Positions 50,784-60,656 of a stretch of 64,000 nt of DNA are shown here, piece after piece; the stretch's first letter is position 1; each line of letters opens with the position of its first letter. A model generated the notes under the pieces. The model did no database searches. It was not told the origin of the DNA and saw only the letters and a list, made by a program, of their open reading frames with translations. The stretch is from an uncultured Methanoregulaceae archaeon (lineage in GTDB: Archaea > Halobacteriota > Methanomicrobia > Methanomicrobiales > Methanospirillaceae): positions 2,112,001-2,176,000 of the forward strand of contig OY970061.1 of the NCBI GenBank assembly GCA_963705255.1, in the 5' to 3' direction. The position numbers and the translations under genes were made by a program.

Positions 50784-51073
50784 ATGTATCAAATATCCCC
50801 ACGCGATTTTTCTAAATTAAATCGTTCCATAAGTAACGAGATTGAGAAGGTTTTATTAAAGTTTGTTTCCGATGGTAAAATCAAAGTAGTTCCGATGAAC
50901 CAAAACCCACTACCGGAGAGAAGAGACCGCGCGGCAGGCCGAAGAAAATTAAAACTGATGTGGCTACCCCAAAAGTACCGAAGAAGCGAGGGAGACCTAC
51001 CAAAATTAAAGGTGAAGAAAATATCAAAATCGTAAAACCTAAAACAAAACCAAAAGCAAAACCGAAAAATTGA
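50784..51073 (+). CDS. Small basic AT-hook protein, frameshift near 50890
   Basis: Alternative frame reads DEPKPTTGEKRPRGRPKKIKTDVATPKVPKKRGRPTKIKGEENIKIVKPKTKPKAKPKN*. Confidence 0.65.
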
Positions 51074-51112
51074 ATTGGGCGGCTAGAATTTCTAATAGAT
51101 TTGAGTGCTAAC

Positions 51113-52268
51113 ATGGATCAAAATCTAAAATATTGCCCCAATTGTGATTGTAAAATTGATACTGAGTCACAAGAATGTCCTCGTTGCTATACAAAAGTTT
51201 CCCGCAACCTCGAAAATTTTCTTTTAGCGAAATACAAATTATTTACTTTGATAGGGATTTTTGGAGCACTTTCAATTTATTTGTTAAATAATGCGATCCC
51301 AGCGAGTAATCCATCTAATCCATTTCTGCATGCGGGCAGTCTGTTAAGTTTAATGATTGTCATTATTTTATCGATTATTTGTATTTGGGATTTAGTTCAT
51401 TACATTAAAATTGAGGAGCCGGATTACAAGGAATTCCCTTGGTCCACACTGATCAAGAGTATCAGGACTTTACCTGCGATAATAATGTTTTTTGTATTTT
51501 TTATTTGCTTAATTTCAATTTTAGCTATCTATGTATTGTCTAATCCACAAATGGCTCAAGTTTTCATCTTTACTTTGTTTATTATTGTTTTTTTACTCAT
51601 TTTCATCGGAACTTACTACATATATCGGTATTGTTTGGAAAAAGTGACAGATTTATTAAACGAAAAACTAAAAGGGAAAATGTCTGATATCGCGGTAAGA
51701 AGAGTAATTTTAGTGATATTTGGAGTGTTTTCTTTTTTTCTGATTCTTTCAGTAGCTCAGATGATTCAGACTCAAATCTCAGGTACTTCCTATGAATTCC
51801 GGAAATCTTACAATGTCCTCGGTCGGAATAATTATTTTCATAACATTACTGATTGATTGCCTAAATCTAATGTATAAACGTCTGATTTTTGTCCCTTCAG
51901 AAACTTCTATCAATACCGAATCTGTGTTAAATGCGTCTTCAAAGATTATTGAACCAATCTATGAGGTTGCGGCACAAGAAATTATTAAGCCTAAAGAAAT
52001 AATCAAAAATGACGTAAATTCAGCGAATTTAGACGCTCACAAAAATGATTTTTTTAGCAAATTCTATAAATCCTATATTTTACCGTATGCAAAACCAATT
52101 ATGAGATTTGTAAAGTATTTCGTTGCAATAATAATTTTTGTGTATTTTGCGATGGAATACGAATCTAAATTACTTCCGAATAGCTCAATTGATCTCGTCG
52201 TGGCAGTAATTGGCGGAGTAATTTCAGGATTTATTATCATCTTCTTTCAAAAGGGAATGGGAGAATGA
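51113..52268 (+). CDS. Zn-ribbon multi-TM membrane protein (probably one frameshifted gene)
   Basis: CPNC...CPRC, many TM helices; ORFs 51101..51856 and 51792..52268 overlap. Confidence 0.55.
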
Positions 52269-52340
52269 TATTATCAGAGGATCAAATTTCATTATTTATC
52301 GAATTTATTTTTTATTTTTCGCGTCCTGAGTACCTATATT

Positions 52341-53312
52341 TTACAACGCAGAATCATAAAACGGGTCAGAAAGATCAGAATCTATTAAGTAATATTTTCG
52401 TTGCCAGTCATGAAATAAATCGGATATTATTTTCAAAAATTGTTCACTAAAGGGAATAAAATCTTCTCGTAACTCTGAATATTCTTTAACAATTTCCCCC
52501 ATCTGCGATTTTATTACAAATGATCTCAGGGCATCTCTGTTCTCGTTAAAAAAATGGTACATGTGTGGTAATTCGTTAAGTTTTCCATTAAGTTTTGCAT
52601 CTGCTATCGCTAATGTAAATACGCACTCATAATCGTCAACATTCGGAAATTTTGATTCCGATTGATTAAGGGAATCACATAAATTTTTGAAATCATTCCA
52701 AATCACTTCTTTTTCATTAAAAATTTTCATATTGATTTCACGAAGTCTTTTCGAATAATTATCATATTCGATACTAAGATTTTTGATTTCCTCAACATTT
52801 CTCTGCAAAATTGGATCAAAATCATGAATTTGTCTCTTTAAAAAGTAATTTGGGGAATCCGGAAAAATAATTCTATTTTCCGGTTTAACCTTTTGATCGC
52901 ATAAGAATCTTAAAATGTTATATCCCCGTTGAAAAAAATCTTTATCGTCATTTAATTTTCGGATTATAGGTAAAAAAATGTTCTTTGCCATATCCTTAAT
53001 TACTCTGCTCTCACGGTCGAATTGATTTATTTCGACAAGCTTCCGGTTCGCGTCTGCTATAACATATGTTGCGGATATCGATATTCCGGTTATAATAAGA
53101 AGCATTGTTGTTGCGCCAGCTTGTATCCACACTGGAAGTGTAGAGCGATCTGATTGAATAAACCCCCATAACATAATTAAGCCAACACACCCTGTTGCTA
53201 GAATAAACGCATAGTGAATACGAAGAGTACCTTCGATTGTCAAATAAAAAATAGCTGATACGGCTATGAAGAGACCGATAAAGATGATCAAATCCACAGA
53301 TTCAATTATCAT
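52341..53312 (-). CDS. Hypothetical protein with three N-terminal TM segments
   Basis: Long AT-rich ORF with a hydrophobic N-terminus. Confidence 0.65.
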   Translation of the reverse strand: MIIESVDLIIFIGLFIAVSAIFYLTIEGTLRIHYAFILATGCVGLIMLWGFIQSDRSTLPVWIQAGATTMLLIITGISISATYVIADANRKLVEINQFDRESRVIKDMAKNIFLPIIRKLNDDKDFFQRGYNILRFLCDQKVKPENRIIFPDSPNYFLKRQIHDFDPILQRNVEEIKNLSIEYDNYSKRLREINMKIFNEKEVIWNDFKNLCDSLNQSESKFPNVDDYECVFTLAIADAKLNGKLNELPHMYHFFNENRDALRSFVIKSQMGEIVKEYSELREDFIPFSEQFLKIISDLFHDWQRKYYLIDSDLSDPFYDSAL

Positions 53313-53526
53313 TTGTCCACATCAGATATCCAAGACTTACCTTTTATAAATTTTCTATCCCATTTTTCCGGCCTTTACTAATATCCGGTTCTGTTTATTT
53401 CCGGGCTTTTAATTCCAATTATATGAAAATTGACGAAATGTAATTATTTACGATCCCCCTTACTAAAATTAATAAATTAACTTTAAATAGAGGATTATCA
53501 AAAAAAAAGATCCATGTTATTTTTAA

Positions 53527-53970
53527 ATGGCAAAAAAATAAAATTAGCTCTCTTTTTCATTCTCTAATTATAGGAATCTTCCTTTCATTTTCAATTGCCA
53601 TCTCTATCGCAAACCCGAACAATTTAATCGATATTAAAAAATTAGAGCCAGCGATTCAAACCTTAGATAATGCAAGTATTACGATTGGAGCAATAATCCT
53701 CGCAATAATATTTGCAATAATTACAATAGTTAAGACAAATTTACAAAATGGCAAGGAAATCGATGATAAGAAAATAGGATTTTTTATGTTTTTAGCTGCA
53801 TTGATGATTTTTGCCATTATTTTAGGGTTATGCCCCTGTACCAATCGTATTTTGCTAAATTGAGTGATGCAACTGGCACCTGCGCATTGTCAATCGGTTT
53901 GGTTATTTTTGTATTATTTATTTTAGGCCCTCTGTTTTATTTTGGTGAGGGGGATTTTTTATTGAAATAG
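53527..53970 (+). pseudogene. Multi-TM hypothetical gene, frameshifted
   Basis: Hydrophobic reading (LFHSLIIGIFLSFSIAISIA...IGFFMFLAALMIFAIILG) broken by indels. Confidence 0.4.
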
Positions 53971-54076
53971 ATCTTTTTGAAAAGAGCGCGCCGCCACTCA
54001 AGCAACTTTTCAGAACAGTATGATATCACATGTGATGGGTCACAATTTACAAGATAACTATAACCCAAAGTAAACG

Positions 54077-54099
54077 TGCGGGCATAGGGATTCGAACCC
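54077..54099 (-). other. tRNA 3'-end fragment (att-like)
   Basis: Reverse strand GGGTTCGAATCCCTATGCCCGCA gives T loop, acceptor 3' strand and discriminator A; the 5' part of the tRNA is absent. Confidence 0.65.
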
Positions 54100-54882
54100 A
54101 GATAACGAGCAAGATCGATTGGTTATAATTGTGGTAAAAATGTGTGAAAATGGGGTTTTCTCATCTTTCAAAGGTTGCGATGCACGCCGCCGCAGTCGAA
54201 GTTATCACTTCTCCACAGCCTTCGGCTGTTCCCGAAGGGACGCCCCCGCAGCGACCTCAACGACTAAAGAAATAAAACTGCCGTGACCCGCCGTGCTTCA
54301 TCCGTACTGGATGAAGCAAGTCGAAGAACCTGACGGTTCTTCTCCAGTCAATCCTCGCAGTTGCGACGATTGACTCCCCGGAGAGGCCCTGAGGCGGGGA
54401 ACTCTCCTGAGTACTCCCAAGCTCAAACAACCTGATGATTCGATCATGAATCCAGTTTCAGATCAAACAATGGCAAGCCCTTTTACAAAAAAATTCCGGA
54501 TTCCGGCTCGCAAAAAAAATCGCGATCGCTCGTGCGCCAAAAAAATTTCAATCGACCCCTCACCCCCCGCTTGAAATTTTTCAATCGACCCTTGATTGAA
54601 TGTTCCGGACCATCACGCCGGAGAACGAAAAATATTGTAGCATGTACATGCATTTTGTAGCATAATTATCCAATTGTAGTCTTACAAACTAACACCTCAT
54701 GATCGCGATGAAAAAAGACGAACGTGAAAGTCACGTTGACTTTCATGTGAGGCTGCTGAAAATACAATGCATTTTCATGCCTTTTTAGGCAGGGTCCGAC
54801 CAAAAAAAAATTCGAAAAAAAGAAAATTCCGGCAGGAAAATGTGCACCAAAATGCACGAAATACGTGATCAGGGACCCTGCC

Positions 54883-55761
54883 TCAGGAACTCTCCAGCAT
54901 GCTCCTGACCAGCGAGCTGGTGGCAGGATCGGAAAAGAACCGGAAGGCAGTCTCCCCGGCTTCCGTAATCCGGTAGCTCTTCTCTTTCCGGCTCTCCGGA
55001 GAATATGCCTCCTCAATGAGCCTGGCATCGCGGAGGGTGCGGATAAACCCGGAGAATGTGGCATGGGACAATTCTGCGGCGGGCTTCCGCCCTTTCTTAT
55101 CATGAACAACCGGTTGGGGTGAATCGCCGGGTTTTTCCTTCTTTGTCCGTGACGGGACATAGGCCGGCCAGAGCTGCTGATACAGGTACTGCCGTGGCAC
55201 CCATAACGCCGGGACTGCGGGAACCGTTTCCTTTGCCGCGTCCTTTTTCATCTTCTTCCGGTTGAGGAGGATCGCGAGGATCTTCTGGTGATTGGGATTG
55301 GCGAGCAGGGAACTGATGGTGCGGTCTGGCAGCGGAACCCGGCGTGCGGTCTTCTCATCAAAGGATGCATAGACCTCCCCGCCAATCCAGGGTGCAAAGG
55401 CAAAGAGCGCGAGGCAGAGTTCTTTTGACCCTCCGGAAAGATCGAAAGTGAACCGTGCCTCCGGGTACTCCCGGCGGATCTTCGCAAGCGCCGACCGGAC
55501 AGAAGGATAGGCCGGCGGCCAGATCACCACCCGGGTGAAGGGTATCGAGAGGGACGCCGAGATCTCCTGCACTGCCGAGACCGCATTCCGGACCGCGAAC
55601 CGGTGCTTTTCCGTTACCGGGTCGGGAGATCCCTCATGAACGATGCTGTCGGTAAACACCATGGTCCGGGAGATAGCCGGGAGTTCACGGAACATTGCAG
55701 GATACGCGATAGGTATCTTCTCACCGGCGCTGATGATATGGACGTGCTCTGTCCGATCCAT
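54883..55761 (-). CDS. DUF6293/CARF-like Rossmann + winged-helix regulator
   Basis: HVHII..G, FDLSGGSK, C-terminal wHTH (LRDARLIE...YRITEAG). Confidence 0.65.
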   Translation of the reverse strand: MDRTEHVHIISAGEKIPIAYPAMFRELPAISRTMVFTDSIVHEGSPDPVTEKHRFAVRNAVSAVQEISASLSIPFTRVVIWPPAYPSVRSALAKIRREYPEARFTFDLSGGSKELCLALFAFAPWIGGEVYASFDEKTARRVPLPDRTISSLLANPNHQKILAILLNRKKMKKDAAKETVPAVPALWVPRQYLYQQLWPAYVPSRTKKEKPGDSPQPVVHDKKGRKPAAELSHATFSGFIRTLRDARLIEEAYSPESRKEKSYRITEAGETAFRFFSDPATSSLVRSMLESS

Positions 55762-56095
55762 AGATCAATTCAGGTTCGGCGGGTTAAATGGTTGTTTGTC
55801 TGGCGCGCCGGTGGGGAGGGTGGATTCACTTTCACCCCGCCCGGTACCGGATTTATCCCCCTCGTCCGGTTACAAGGTATATGGGTAGGACGAAGCCCTC
55901 TCACCATGAGTCAGGTGCGAGAACGGCTTGCACTTCGCTCCTCCCGCCCTCTCAAACAAAACCCCAAATTATTTTCTCTTTTGCGAGTATTTTATGGTAC
56001 AGCCGCTTGGTGCAGAGCACTTTTGGGCAATCATAATTTATTTTACATTGGTTTTGTCCAGCAAAAGGACAATATATTTTAGGATCATTTTTCTA

Positions 56096-56590
56096 ATGTC
56101 TGCTATGGCTCTCCGATCCCTGAATCTTCCCGGTATAGGAACAAAATACGAATTTGAGACTGATAAGGGGGATACCGTTGCAATTTTTTTCACCAAGAGC
56201 GGCTCAATCCAGATGTACACTCTCCAGAAAGGGTGCCATACCCCCAGCGCCGCTGACATGACCCCGGTAGAGGCGCGGAGGCTGGGGAATATCCTTACAG
56301 GCGCGATCATTGAAGCAGACCAGGAGAGCGTGGAGATCGCCTTCTCTGCCCTTGCCGACCTCAGGGTGACAATCCACACGTTTTACATACCGAAAGCCAT
56401 TGCCGGGAAGACCATCGAGGACCTGCAGATCCGGGCCAAGACCGGCGCGACCGTGATTGCGGTCTGCCGCCATGACAGGAATATCATCAACCCGCCGCCC
56501 ACGTTCGTCTTTGAGACCGGGGACGCGGCGCTGGTCATCGGGGAGAGCGACCAGATAAAAAAGTTTGAGCGCGAGATCATGGTGGAGTAA
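56096..56590 (+). CDS. K+/H+ antiporter regulatory subunit (TrkA-C, KhtT-like)
   Basis: LPGIG.KY, GKTI.DL.IR..TGATVIAV.R, NP.P. Confidence 0.85.
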   Translation: MSAMALRSLNLPGIGTKYEFETDKGDTVAIFFTKSGSIQMYTLQKGCHTPSAADMTPVEARRLGNILTGAIIEADQESVEIAFSALADLRVTIHTFYIPKAIAGKTIEDLQIRAKTGATVIAVCRHDRNIINPPPTFVFETGDAALVIGESDQIKKFEREIMVE

Positions 56591-57732
56591 TGGAAGGCCT
56601 CGTAATCGCGCTCTTCCTCTGCCTTATCCTGGCGCTGGTCACCAAGTACCTGTCGATCCCGGCAATTCCGTTTTACATCCTTACCGGTGTCCTTCTCGGG
56701 AAGGCCGGGCTCGGGATGGTCCAGGCCGATGATATCAGCCAGTTCTTCTCGGAGATGGGGCTGATCTTCCTGCTGTTCTTCATGGGGCTCGGCCTCAAGC
56801 CCGAGCGGATCGCGGCCAACCGGTCTGCGGTCCTGACCAGCGGGATCATTGACCTCAACATCAACATGATCATCGGGTTTTTGGGCGCGTACCTGCTCGG
56901 GTTCTCAATAATAGAATCACTGATCGTTGCCGCGGCATTCTATATATCGAGCACGGCCATGGCGATCACCTCGCTTGTCGAGAACAGGAAACTGATGTTC
57001 CGCGAGGCAGAGACGATCATCTGGCTGATGGTCTTTGAAGACCTCGTGCTGATCATCTTCCTTGCGATCATCTCAGCCGGGGACCAGAACCTCCTCCTCT
57101 TTGTCGCAAAGATCCTGGGTGTCCTCGGGGTCCTGTACGCGTTTGCCCATTACGGTAAGGAGTTCCTCATCTCCATCCTCGACCGGGATGACGAACTGCC
57201 CATCATCTTCACCTTTGCAGCAGTGCTTACCACGGCGTCAGTTGCCCTGGTGCTCAATATCCCGGAGACCCTGATGGTGATCGCGCTTGGCGTTGCGTTC
57301 GCGACAACCGACCCCGATGCGTTCGAGCAGCACGCCCGCCCTTTCAAGGACGTCTTCCTCGTGGTCTTCTTTGTCTTTTTCGGGGTAACGATTGACTTTT
57401 CCGGGGGGGCGAACCTGTTTAATATCTCGGTTATCTGCATCCTTGCCGTGCTGAGCAAACTCCTTTCGGGACTGATCACGGGCCTGGTCATCCACGAATC
57501 GGCCTTGTCGGGTCTTGAAATATGGGCGAACACCATCGGGAGAGGGGAGTTCTCGATCGCGCTTGCCGTGCTGTACGGATCTCCGGTTGTCGGAACAACA
57601 ATTGCAGCGATGGTCATCGTGACCTCGATCATCGGGTCCTTCGCTGCAAAATACAGCACGATACTGCGGCGTGGGATCACCCATATCGGGAGGAGAAAAG
57701 CCCCGACGCACCGCGTCCACTCCGGCCGCTGA
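56590..57732 (+). CDS. CPA2 cation:proton antiporter (KhtU-like)
   Basis: ISSTA, FEDL, FFVFFG, RGEFSI. Confidence 0.9.
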   Translation: MEGLVIALFLCLILALVTKYLSIPAIPFYILTGVLLGKAGLGMVQADDISQFFSEMGLIFLLFFMGLGLKPERIAANRSAVLTSGIIDLNINMIIGFLGAYLLGFSIIESLIVAAAFYISSTAMAITSLVENRKLMFREAETIIWLMVFEDLVLIIFLAIISAGDQNLLLFVAKILGVLGVLYAFAHYGKEFLISILDRDDELPIIFTFAAVLTTASVALVLNIPETLMVIALGVAFATTDPDAFEQHARPFKDVFLVVFFVFFGVTIDFSGGANLFNISVICILAVLSKLLSGLITGLVIHESALSGLEIWANTIGRGEFSIALAVLYGSPVVGTTIAAMVIVTSIIGSFAAKYSTILRRGITHIGRRKAPTHRVHSGR

Positions 57733-57735
57733 AAC

Positions 57736-58395
57736 TCATTCGATCAGAACAAGCCCGACCGAGTGGATGTCGGAATGCACAATCTTCCCGTACTCGAGGT
57801 CTTTGCAGGGAATCGTGAAAAGGTCCCACCCCACGTTTTTTGCTGTAGCAAAGACATCCATACAGGCCGCTTCCATGGACGGGCGGACCAGATCCATGTG
57901 CCGGCACTTCCTGCGCAGGCTCTCGTCGACAAGGCCCTCCTGCTCTTCCGCAACACAATGCTGGTGCTCGCACCAGATGCACGGGTAGCCCCCGAACCCG
58001 AATGCCTTATAAAAACCATCATAGAATGCGGTCTTCTCGAGAAGATGCACGGTGCCGTTAACCCAGCGGATGAGATCGCTGTACCATGGGTGGAAGTCCT
58101 CGGGGATATCGTCCGGGCCGAACGTCCCGTGTCCCGGCACGCCATCGAAGCGCAGGAGAATGCCGGCGGAATATTCCCCAACCATACGGAGAGTCTCATC
58201 GTATGACGGGGCATAGGGTGGGCAGCCGAAATGTTTGCCATATCCCTTACAACCATACCGGCACTTGAACCGGACCCACTGGGAGACAACGACTTCATCG
58301 GGAGTGATTTCGTGGACGTACACACCCGATTCCCCTGCAAGTCCCCGCAGTTTTTCGATCTCTTCCAAAAGGTCAGCCACTATAGGTATCATCAT
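57736..58395 (-). CDS. DUF2284 metal-binding protein
   Basis: KCRYGC..YG....CPP, G.C..C..C, RPSMEA...DVF.TA. Confidence 0.85.
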   Translation of the reverse strand: MMIPIVADLLEEIEKLRGLAGESGVYVHEITPDEVVVSQWVRFKCRYGCKGYGKHFGCPPYAPSYDETLRMVGEYSAGILLRFDGVPGHGTFGPDDIPEDFHPWYSDLIRWVNGTVHLLEKTAFYDGFYKAFGFGGYPCIWCEHQHCVAEEQEGLVDESLRRKCRHMDLVRPSMEAACMDVFATAKNVGWDLFTIPCKDLEYGKIVHSDIHSVGLVLIE

Positions 58396-58437
58396 TGAGC
58401 CAATGCGGGTCTGTGACGATAAAGGTTTGGTGAGGAG

Positions 58438-58884
58438 TTATTGCGGGCGGTTGGGATCATGGGACCGTTTGTCGATGATACGCTGGACAACGAGGCGTGA
58501 ACTGCACAGGTCCCCGTCAACATATCTGCCGATGCGGACAATCCGCGGGTTCAGGTTGCGGGCCCTGAGCTGTTCCGTTAATTTCGTCTCATCGAACATC
58601 TGGTTGAACCCGATGGTGATGATATCGGGATGGATCTCCTCGATCGGGCGGAACATATCCGTTTTATCCCCAAGGACTGCGTGGTCGACGGTTTTCAACC
58701 CTGCGACCATACGGAGGCGGTGCTCCTCCGGGATGATCGGGCGGGGTTTGTGTTTTACGTTGGTGTCCCGTGCCACGATCACCCAGAGTTCGTCGCCGAG
58801 TTTCTTTGACTCCTCGAGATAGAAGAGATGGCCGGGGTGCAGGATATCGAACGTCCCGGTGGCAACGACACGCCGGGGGTTCAC
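58438..58884 (-). CDS. ribL: Archaeal FAD synthase
   Basis: ATGTFDILHPGH, VIVARD, CSS. Confidence 0.85.
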   Translation of the reverse strand: MNPRRVVATGTFDILHPGHLFYLEESKKLGDELWVIVARDTNVKHKPRPIIPEEHRLRMVAGLKTVDHAVLGDKTDMFRPIEEIHPDIITIGFNQMFDETKLTEQLRARNLNPRIVRIGRYVDGDLCSSRLVVQRIIDKRSHDPNRPQ

Positions 58885-59252
58885 GAGACCACCTCCAGAT
58901 CGTACGGCTCCCCGTCCGCGGTAAAGCACCGCCAGTTGTCCTTCCCGTACGGATAACCGATGATCAGGTGGTACTTTCCCGTCCGCGGGAAAAAATTCAC
59001 ATCAGCGGAGGAGGGCCTGAGTACGCCATTGGGGTGGCTGTGGGCACTACCAGCGACATGGGTGTCCAGGGGCATCATGGTATACAGGAGCGAAGCTGAA
59101 TCCCCGCGGCCGACGGTCCCGGGGAGGAGGTTGAGCTCTTCCATGATGCCATCGCGTTCCCGGAGCAGGCCGACGAACTCATTCGGGTGGCTGTCGCGCC
59201 CCATCTCAAGAAGGAGTAAAAGGAGGTCCTGTCGGATACCGTGGATGTTCAT
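58881..59252 (-). CDS. JAMM/MPN+ metalloprotease
   Basis: HPNEF, GSAHSHP...PS.AD. Confidence 0.9.
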   Translation of the reverse strand: MNIHGIRQDLLLLLLEMGRDSHPNEFVGLLRERDGIMEELNLLPGTVGRGDSASLLYTMMPLDTHVAGSAHSHPNGVLRPSSADVNFFPRTGKYHLIIGYPYGKDNWRCFTADGEPYDLEVVS

Positions 59253-59335
59253 GGGATACTTCCTGCAGAATGCCCGGAGTTGTACTGAACTATGGTTGTT
59301 GTTCTGCAAAAAAGGCTCCTTTAAAAATCGGGGGA

Positions 59336-59600
59336 TCATCGCCCGGCTTTTACAAGGTCCCCCGACATGTCCCGGGACAGGTCAGCGTTGGCAAAGGATG
59401 TGCTGTTCGGGAGCAGTGCCGAGAGCCCGGGCGTAATGTCCAGTTCTATTAAAGTTTCCGGAGCCATGTCAAGATCAAGAATATGGCCACCGGTACGGAG
59501 GTCATCAGAGATGAAATGAAGGTGGTACCCCGGCATATTGAGCCTGTTCACGAGATCCGGCAGGAACAGGCCTTCAGCCGTCCCTGTTGTGATGTACTAC
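59336..59600 (-). pseudogene. Alpha-acetolactate decarboxylase C-terminal fragment
   Basis: N.PGYHLHFISDD...GGHILD motif; the N-terminal part is missing. Confidence 0.7.
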
Positions 59601-59685
59601 GTAAAGAGCGACGGTTCTTAGCGGCATCTGTCAATGGGGATACGGTTTCTGCCGGCAGGGACAGGATCTTTTCCGTGAGAGAAAA

Positions 59686-59967
59686 TCATCGCCTTCCAGT
59701 CACCTTGATGACATGGTACCCAAACTGGGTCTTGACCGGGCCTACGACCTTGCCAACCTGTTCCTCGAATGCGATCTTCTCGAACTCGGGGACCATCATC
59801 CCCTTGCCAAACCACCCGAGGTCGCCTCCCTGTTTACCGGACGGGCAGCTGGAGAACCTCCGCGCGACCTTGTCAAACTCCTCACCGTCGTTGAGGCGTT
59901 TCAGGATCTGGTTTGCCTGGTCTTCGGTCTTCACGAGGATATGGGAGGCGCGTGCCTGTGTGGTCAT
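59686..59967 (-). CDS. ppiC: Parvulin-type peptidyl-prolyl isomerase
   Basis: ASHILVK, SCPSGKQGGDLG.F..G.MV.EF, VKTQFGYHVI. Confidence 0.93.
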   Translation of the reverse strand: MTTQARASHILVKTEDQANQILKRLNDGEEFDKVARRFSSCPSGKQGGDLGWFGKGMMVPEFEKIAFEEQVGKVVGPVKTQFGYHVIKVTGRR

Positions 59968-60141
59968 ATATAGAAATGAGCAACTGATGAAATAAAATGG
60001 TTGATAAAAACAGGCATCTCCCCCGGCTTTATAGTAAGTGCGATTGTTCAGATTATCAAAAAAAATCCTGTAACGTCTGTCTCTCTCCTGGCCACTGGAG
60101 TAAACTCAATTTTTATCTCATATCCCATGCAAGTTCACACT

Positions 60142-60480
60142 ATGGCAAAAGGGAATTTCTGGCTTGCAGCGCTTGCGGGATTTATCATTATGGTGCTCCT
60201 TGGGGGGGTTCTGCCCATCCTTGGGCCTATTATAGGGGGGGTCGTCGCGGGGCTGATCGCAAAAGGCGGAATGTGGAACGGGGCAAAGGCCGGATTTGTT
60301 GCAGGCATTTTCGGTGCGCTGGTTACGAGCATTATTGCGCTGGTTATCGGAACGATGGCACTTGGACTGCTGGGATTTCTGGCGGCACTGGGTATCGGAC
60401 TGATCCTGGTGATCCTTGCTCTTTACTTTGCGATACTTGGGCTCGTGGGTGGGGCAATCGGGGGAATTGTCGGCAACTAG
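60142..60480 (+). CDS. Gly-rich membrane protein (DUF5518-like)
   Basis: LPILGPIIGGVVAG...NGAKAGFVAG. Confidence 0.7.
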   Translation: MAKGNFWLAALAGFIIMVLLGGVLPILGPIIGGVVAGLIAKGGMWNGAKAGFVAGIFGALVTSIIALVIGTMALGLLGFLAALGIGLILVILALYFAILGLVGGAIGGIVGN

Positions 60481-60656
60481 GGAACATCTCATTCAGGCAT
60501 TTTCCCTCTTTTAAAATTTGTAAAAAAAGGCTCTGCAGAAAACTTGCATTCTCCGAGGAAATCCCAAAAGCAATTTTAAAGAGAAAGAGGAAATCAATTT
60601 AGTTGCCCTGAAAATTTCAACTGATCCGTTTAATTATTAATTATGCAATAGCCGGT

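Larger units (their letters stand above)
50540..54066. mobile_element. AT-rich island, putative casposon remnant
   Basis: Sharp GC drop; PolB-C-terminus-like fragment at left; terminal ...CTATAACCC followed by the 14-mer AAAGTAAACGTGCG that overlaps a tRNA 3' end. Confidence 0.45.

Noticed and set aside
54150-54870. Hairpins and an ATTT(T)TCAATCGACCC direct repeat in a long intergenic region
   Set aside because: Looks like degenerate REP/MITE debris; I could not define a boundary or function.
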